Under the pieces are notes generated by a model. It searched no databases. It was not told where the DNA came from and worked only from the letters and a program-made list of their open reading frames with translations. The position numbers and the translations under genes are program-made. Source: a virus (lineage: Duplodnaviria; Heunggongvirae; Uroviricota; Caudoviricetes). From it: a stretch of DNA of 61,541 nt. Of this stretch, positions 57,406 to 61,541 are shown piece after piece; position 1 is the stretch's first letter; the number at the start of each line of letters is the position of its first letter. The stretch is taken from the IMG/VR virus record IMGVR_UViG_3300032220_001761, positions 129,134-190,674 of that record; one strand, written 5' to 3'.

Positions 57406-57636
57406 TTAAGATTTTAAATGTACAACCGACTCAATTTTAGATTGTGATACGGATGTAACTTCAAAGTCTAAATGTGCAGAAGAAATATCTCCACTTAAAT
57501 GCTTATGAAGATTCGCTTCAGCCTCAGTAACGCTTTCAGCCTCTACCAAAATCTCAGATTTTGATGCTTTGGCTTTTCCGGTTGTTTTAGAAACCTCACC
57601 GGTAAAAAAACTAACTTTACAAAGATAATATCCCAT
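57406..57636 (-). CDS. DUF4494-like protein (Bacteroidota type)
   Basis: YYLCKV...ILVEAESVTEAEA...FEVTSV..SKIESV. Confidence 0.75.
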   Translation of the reverse strand: MGYYLCKVSFFTGEVSKTTGKAKASKSEILVEAESVTEAEANLHKHLSGDISSAHLDFEVTSVSQSKIESVVHLKS

Positions 57637-57639
57637 TAC

Positions 57640-57819
57640 TTATGCTTTAGTGTTTTTAGTTTCCTGAACGTTAACACGTAGCTCTTGAGATAATTTTTTA
57701 AGGTCTTGGCAAGCAGTGCGAACTCTTGTTCCTGCTGACTTGTTACCTTTTACGTAGAATGCTTCGACATCTTTAGCCATGCTCTCTACCAAACTTTGAA
57801 TTTTGTTGTAATTTTCCAT
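57640..57819 (-). CDS. histone H1-like nucleoid protein (Hc1 family), 59 aa
   Basis: Hand translation MENYNKIQSLVESMAKDVEAFYVKGNKSAGTRVRTACQDLKKLSQELRVNVQETKNTKA. Confidence 0.85.
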   Translation of the reverse strand: MENYNKIQSLVESMAKDVEAFYVKGNKSAGTRVRTACQDLKKLSQELRVNVQETKNTKA

Positions 57820-57896
57820 TCTTTAATATTTTATTATTCTACCACAAACATACCAAAATGTTTCAAAATTAGACGTTAATAAAGGGTTCAGTGAAA

Positions 57897-58217
57897 TTAT
57901 ATAGAGTTTTCGCTAAGGTTAGACACTCTTAATACCCTTCTTCCTAGAGGTGTTAAAGAAAAATAATTAGCTTCGTCTTCTTGTACCTTATATTTTATGT
58001 ACTTCTTCTGGCCTCTAACCCAACTCATAGTGGGTTTTTTACCAGAAGCATCTTCAGGTATACTATCTAAGAATTCCATAAGCTCTTTTTTGGTTACCTT
58101 TTCTTTTTCCCCTATAAAAGAAAGTACCTTTATAGCGGTAGTAGAAGGTTTAGCCCAAGCTATAGGAATCCTTGATTCGTTTATAAATTCTTCGTATGAA
58201 AGAATATTATTAATCAT
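57897..58217 (-). CDS. winged-helix-like protein with leader motif
   Basis: NILSYEEFINE; VLSFI..VTKKEL..FSLTPLGRRVL. Confidence 0.65.
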   Translation of the reverse strand: MINNILSYEEFINESRIPIAWAKPSTTAIKVLSFIGEKEKVTKKELMEFLDSIPEDASGKKPTMSWVRGQKKYIKYKVQEDEANYFSLTPLGRRVLRVSNLSENSI

Positions 58218-58743
58218 GATCTCTTCTAGAATACATTAAGGTTCTATTTGCTGAAGCTTCTTGTAAACTCCATTTTTCGTAAGACCAAGACGACATTAAA
58301 CTTTTAATTCTGTTTTTGTATTCGTCAAAATCCATCTCTATATTTAAAGGCATCTCATCATAAATAATAGAAACCTTAGGGTTATTTTCTAAGTAATCTT
58401 TTATTGCTTCACCTACTATCTTATATGTTCTCATTAACTCTGAATCAGTCAGTTCAAACATTTCATCTTCTCTAGATTTAAAGTCTGAATCTTTAACAAG
58501 ATAATCGTCCATTGCAGCTATACTTATAGGCTGGATAGATAAAACAGCATAACTATTTTCTGCGGATTCTATTGTTATATTTCTAGAAAGCTTTCCAATC
58601 TCTAGAATAAAACCAAGATCTTCTTCTTCACCTTCTATTTTAAAAAAGTACCTATAGACCTTTCCGTCTTTTTCTTTTACGAAGTAGTCTCTTCCGTACC
58701 CATCTTCATTTAGGAAATTTTCGTATAATTTAATGTGTTTCAT
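58210..58743 (-). CDS. putative virion-internal protein
   Basis: MKHIKLYENFLNE leader. Confidence 0.75.
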   Translation of the reverse strand: MKHIKLYENFLNEDGYGRDYFVKEKDGKVYRYFFKIEGEEEDLGFILEIGKLSRNITIESAENSYAVLSIQPISIAAMDDYLVKDSDFKSREDEMFELTDSELMRTYKIVGEAIKDYLENNPKVSIIYDEMPLNIEMDFDEYKNRIKSLMSSWSYEKWSLQEASANRTLMYSRRDHD

Positions 58744-58746
58744 ATT

Positions 58747-59022
58747 TTAGCTATCACCTTTTTTTGGAAATACTGCTGATGTATTAGGTATATATTTATT
58801 TTTTCTTCTTTTAAATATTTCTCCTCTAACAGCGTTGCCATAGTATCTATCTATTAAATTCCATCCTTCCTCTAATTCAGATAGATCTATATCCTCCATT
58901 TTTGAAAATTCTTCCTTCACGGATTTTATATTTCTTATTGCATCCTCTAGAATCTTCATACTATTAGAAAGGTCATACTTTTTGGTATGACCTTCCTTAA
59001 CTATATCTGTGTATTTTTTCAT
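58747..59022 (-). CDS. hypothetical protein
   Basis: Start re-assigned to MKKYTDIVKE directly after the ATPase stop. Confidence 0.6.
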   Translation of the reverse strand: MKKYTDIVKEGHTKKYDLSNSMKILEDAIRNIKSVKEEFSKMEDIDLSELEEGWNLIDRYYGNAVRGEIFKRRKNKYIPNTSAVFPKKGDS

Positions 59023-59024
59023 TA

Positions 59025-60575
59025 TTAAGAAGCTACGTCCATTCCTAAATCTGCTGACCATTGATCTGCCAATGGAGCTATACATTTTACAGAAGGTGTA
59101 TCTTTCTTTAAATAAGGATGCAATGCCATTAAAGAAGCTATACAAGAAGCTCCCCATTCTGGATCATTCACTCTTCTTAACCAAGTTGCGTAATTACAAA
59201 CCTCAGCTGATGTAAGCTTCATCTCTGTGCTTTTTCTAAGAACTGCAGAGAAAAGAGCGTGAGCGTAATCTGGTCTATTTTTTCCTTTATCGGTTGGAAG
59301 AGGAGCTTTTTCTGGATCAGTAAAAGGTAAAGCTAAATCCTTAACAGGAATATCCTTAGCAACCTTATAGAAATTTAAGAAAGCTACCGCTGCATCTTTA
59401 CCAACAGATTTAGTGAATTCTCTTATTATAACTTCATCAGGTAAAGTAACTAAATCTTTTCCTTTTGCCTGAGCCTCTGCCTTTAATTCATCAATTGCTC
59501 TTTTTAATGCAAAAGAAGCATCTACCCAAGCTCTAGGAGTTGGATATTTAGTTTTCTTAACAGCAGGATCTAAGTTATGGAACCATTCAGAATCGAAATC
59601 AATAAAGTCCATTAATTCTGGGATAACTACATCTTTCAATCTACCTCCTTCGATAAATGATCTCCATCCTTTAGGTGTAGGTACGTAGTTAACAACTTCG
59701 AAACGATCTCTTAAAGCTGTACCAAGTTCTTTTACGTTTCTAGGATCATCTTCTTTTCTGTTTCCAGCTGCAACGATATACCATCTAGAAGGGATGTTAT
59801 AAGATTGACCTAATCTTCTGCTTTGAGCTAATTTCATAAATATCTTTATAACCTGCTCTGGCATCCTGTTTAATTCATCAATAAATATGATTCCTCCCCT
59901 GTCACCAGGACCATTATCAAATGGAAGCTGATCAACCGAGATATTAGATCTTGTAACACCTCTACCGAATGGAGATTCCTCACTTGGCTCTTCTACATCA
60001 ATAACTTTAGGAACCCCAGTGAAGTCAACTGGTTCTGCATTTTCACCGTCTACGTTATATAGATTTAATGGTGCTCCATATAATTCCTGTCCTAGCTCAT
60101 CGCAAACCTGTGCAACTATCTGGGTTTTACCAATACCTGGTGCACCAAAGATAAAGTAAGGTTTAACATCAAAAACCGCTTTTTGATCTCCGGCTTCAGC
60201 AGCTTTAAGAATAACTCTTAGATTTCTCTTAATGTCTGCTTTAATTTGTTTCTCTGATGAATCTATTACGTCATCTTCTATAGGATAGCTAAGAGGAACC
60301 TTAGCTTCAGTTACTGTAGAAGGATCGTTTAGATTATTCATTTTACCGTATTCAGATCCAGCATAAAATTTTTCCACCTGGCTTGAGATTGATCCATCAT
60401 CACCAGAGAAAAGCATATAAACGGGTAATCCCTTTTTAGGTCCTGATGGTATCAATCTTGCTATACCTTTTTTGATAGCATTTTTAATAGAAGATGCCCA
60501 TTTGGATATGGTTGCTCCTATTTTTTCTAGATATCCTTCATTAACAAATTCGTTAAAGTTAGCGATTCTTTTCAT
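59025..60575 (-). CDS. MoxR-type AAA+ ATPase (copy 2)
   Basis: GAPGIGKT, IIFIDELNR, AAGNR, ALRDRF, PTPRAW. Confidence 0.9.
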   Translation of the reverse strand: MKRIANFNEFVNEGYLEKIGATISKWASSIKNAIKKGIARLIPSGPKKGLPVYMLFSGDDGSISSQVEKFYAGSEYGKMNNLNDPSTVTEAKVPLSYPIEDDVIDSSEKQIKADIKRNLRVILKAAEAGDQKAVFDVKPYFIFGAPGIGKTQIVAQVCDELGQELYGAPLNLYNVDGENAEPVDFTGVPKVIDVEEPSEESPFGRGVTRSNISVDQLPFDNGPGDRGGIIFIDELNRMPEQVIKIFMKLAQSRRLGQSYNIPSRWYIVAAGNRKEDDPRNVKELGTALRDRFEVVNYVPTPKGWRSFIEGGRLKDVVIPELMDFIDFDSEWFHNLDPAVKKTKYPTPRAWVDASFALKRAIDELKAEAQAKGKDLVTLPDEVIIREFTKSVGKDAAVAFLNFYKVAKDIPVKDLALPFTDPEKAPLPTDKGKNRPDYAHALFSAVLRKSTEMKLTSAEVCNYATWLRRVNDPEWGASCIASLMALHPYLKKDTPSVKCIAPLADQWSADLGMDVAS

Positions 60576-60618
60576 TTTGTTTATTTTTTCTTATTTGTTC
60601 TATATATCTTTTATACCT

Positions 60619-61541
60619 TTATATTCTAGTGATAGATTTATTTGCCAACGCAATGTCTATTCTTTCTCCAAAAGGCTGATCGTTAGGATAAGGCTCAGAA
60701 TTAAAAGTTAGGAATACCCAAATACATCTATCTGCATATGTTTCTATAGAGTAATCGGTTTCCTTTGGAAACGTAGCTTCACCATCTGTAAAGTATATAA
60801 ATACAGTTGGGGTTTCTCCTTGATCCAACATATTCTTCTCTACCCATTTAAAAGGAGGCCAGAAATTAGTACCACCGCCACCAGCTATTTTACTGAAATC
60901 TGGTTTTTCTCCCGGCTCTATAATATCTGGTTCATAAACTTGGGTATCACAATATAGGATAATAGTTTTCTGTGGATTATATGCCTCGCCTATCGCAATA
61001 ACTTCTGAAAGAAACTGCTCGATCATGGTTCTATTAATAGATCCGGAAGTATCAATAGCAACTACTATATTTTCAAAATCCTCTTTGTAATTTTTATATC
61101 CGTACTGTGCTTCTCCTTGAGCTAAGAATCTCCTAGCTGGTAGATCGTATTTAGTTTTACTTATAGCTTCGTCAATGTATCTTTCTAAAGCACTCTTCCA
61201 GTCAATTACTGGTGCTTTTAATCTTTGTAATGCTCTTTTAATAGATGCTGGTGCATTCCCAGGATTAGCACTCTTAGTCCATTGATCCCATGTCTCTGCG
61301 ATCTCTTCTGCAGTAGGTTTCTTATCTTCGATCCCATCATCTCCTCCGGTATCACCCAATTCACCAGGTCTTAAAATTTCTCCTGGATTAAAAGTTCCTT
61401 TCCCCTTTTTAGGATTATAATCTTTTACCTCTTCAAAATCTTTCTCACCTTCTTTTTCTTTAGGTTCGCTTTTTGTGGGATCTGGTGGAATAGGATCATC
61501 TGGAGGGAGTTTTATAACATTCTCTGGATCTCCTACCGGTG
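60619..61541 (-). CDS. VWA-like (DUF2201-type) protein, 5' end outside the window
   Basis: IDWKSAL, AIDTSGS, GGGTNF, YFTDG; frame stays open to the window end through a Pro/Asp-rich linker. Confidence 0.85.
   Translation of the reverse strand, partial: PVGDPENVIKLPPDDPIPPDPTKSEPKEKEGEKDFEEVKDYNPKKGKGTFNPGEILRPGELGDTGGDDGIEDKKPTAEEIAETWDQWTKSANPGNAPASIKRALQRLKAPVIDWKSALERYIDEAISKTKYDLPARRFLAQGEAQYGYKNYKEDFENIVVAIDTSGSINRTMIEQFLSEVIAIGEAYNPQKTIILYCDTQVYEPDIIEPGEKPDFSKIAGGGGTNFWPPFKWVEKNMLDQGETPTVFIYFTDGEATFPKETDYSIETYADRCIWVFLTFNSEPYPNDQPFGERIDIALANKSITRI

Noticed and set aside
1-61541. Stop-codon reassignment
   Set aside because: Conserved genes (nrdA, nrdB, topoisomerase, dnaJ) are intact and densely packed under code 11; only one isolated in-frame stop was found
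1-61541. Bacterial chromosome or eukaryotic giant virus origin
   Set aside because: T4-like replication genes, Rnl1, lytic enzymes, tmRNA and bacterial promoters and terminators fit a bacteriophage; no ribosomal or NCLDV core genes seen

Overview
AT-rich segment of a large (jumbo-type) tailed dsDNA phage genome, most likely infecting Bacteroidota. Host evidence: TAnnTTTG-type promoters, DUF4494 and Hc1-like genes, and a tmRNA tag starting with Gly. Standard genetic code. The window holds T4-like replication and nucleotide genes (family B DNA polymerase split into two genes about 17 kb apart, sliding clamp, two type II topoisomerase subunits, NrdA/NrdB, dUTPase-like, adenylate kinase), repair genes (UvsE, MBD4-like glycosylase), proteostasis genes (ClpP, DnaJ, Hsp20, two MoxR-VWA modules), RNA ligase 1, a 484-nt tmRNA with a 33-aa tag next to clpP, and tRNA-scaffold RNAs with large insertions. 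Most striking: more than 20 otherwise unrelated proteins share an N-terminal M-K-x-I-x-x-F-x-x-F-x-N-E peptide resembling the T4 capsid-targeting/prohead-protease signal. Many follow a RATATATA motif, and a subset also shares a C-terminal KG-x-x-LL-x-x-FG tail, suggesting a two-signal virion-cargo system that includes both MoxR ATPases. Three recurring promoter-like motifs and a repeat-rich GC-skew switch near 3.4-4.35 kb (candidate origin or genome end) are also visible. All family names come from recalled motifs; no database search was run.
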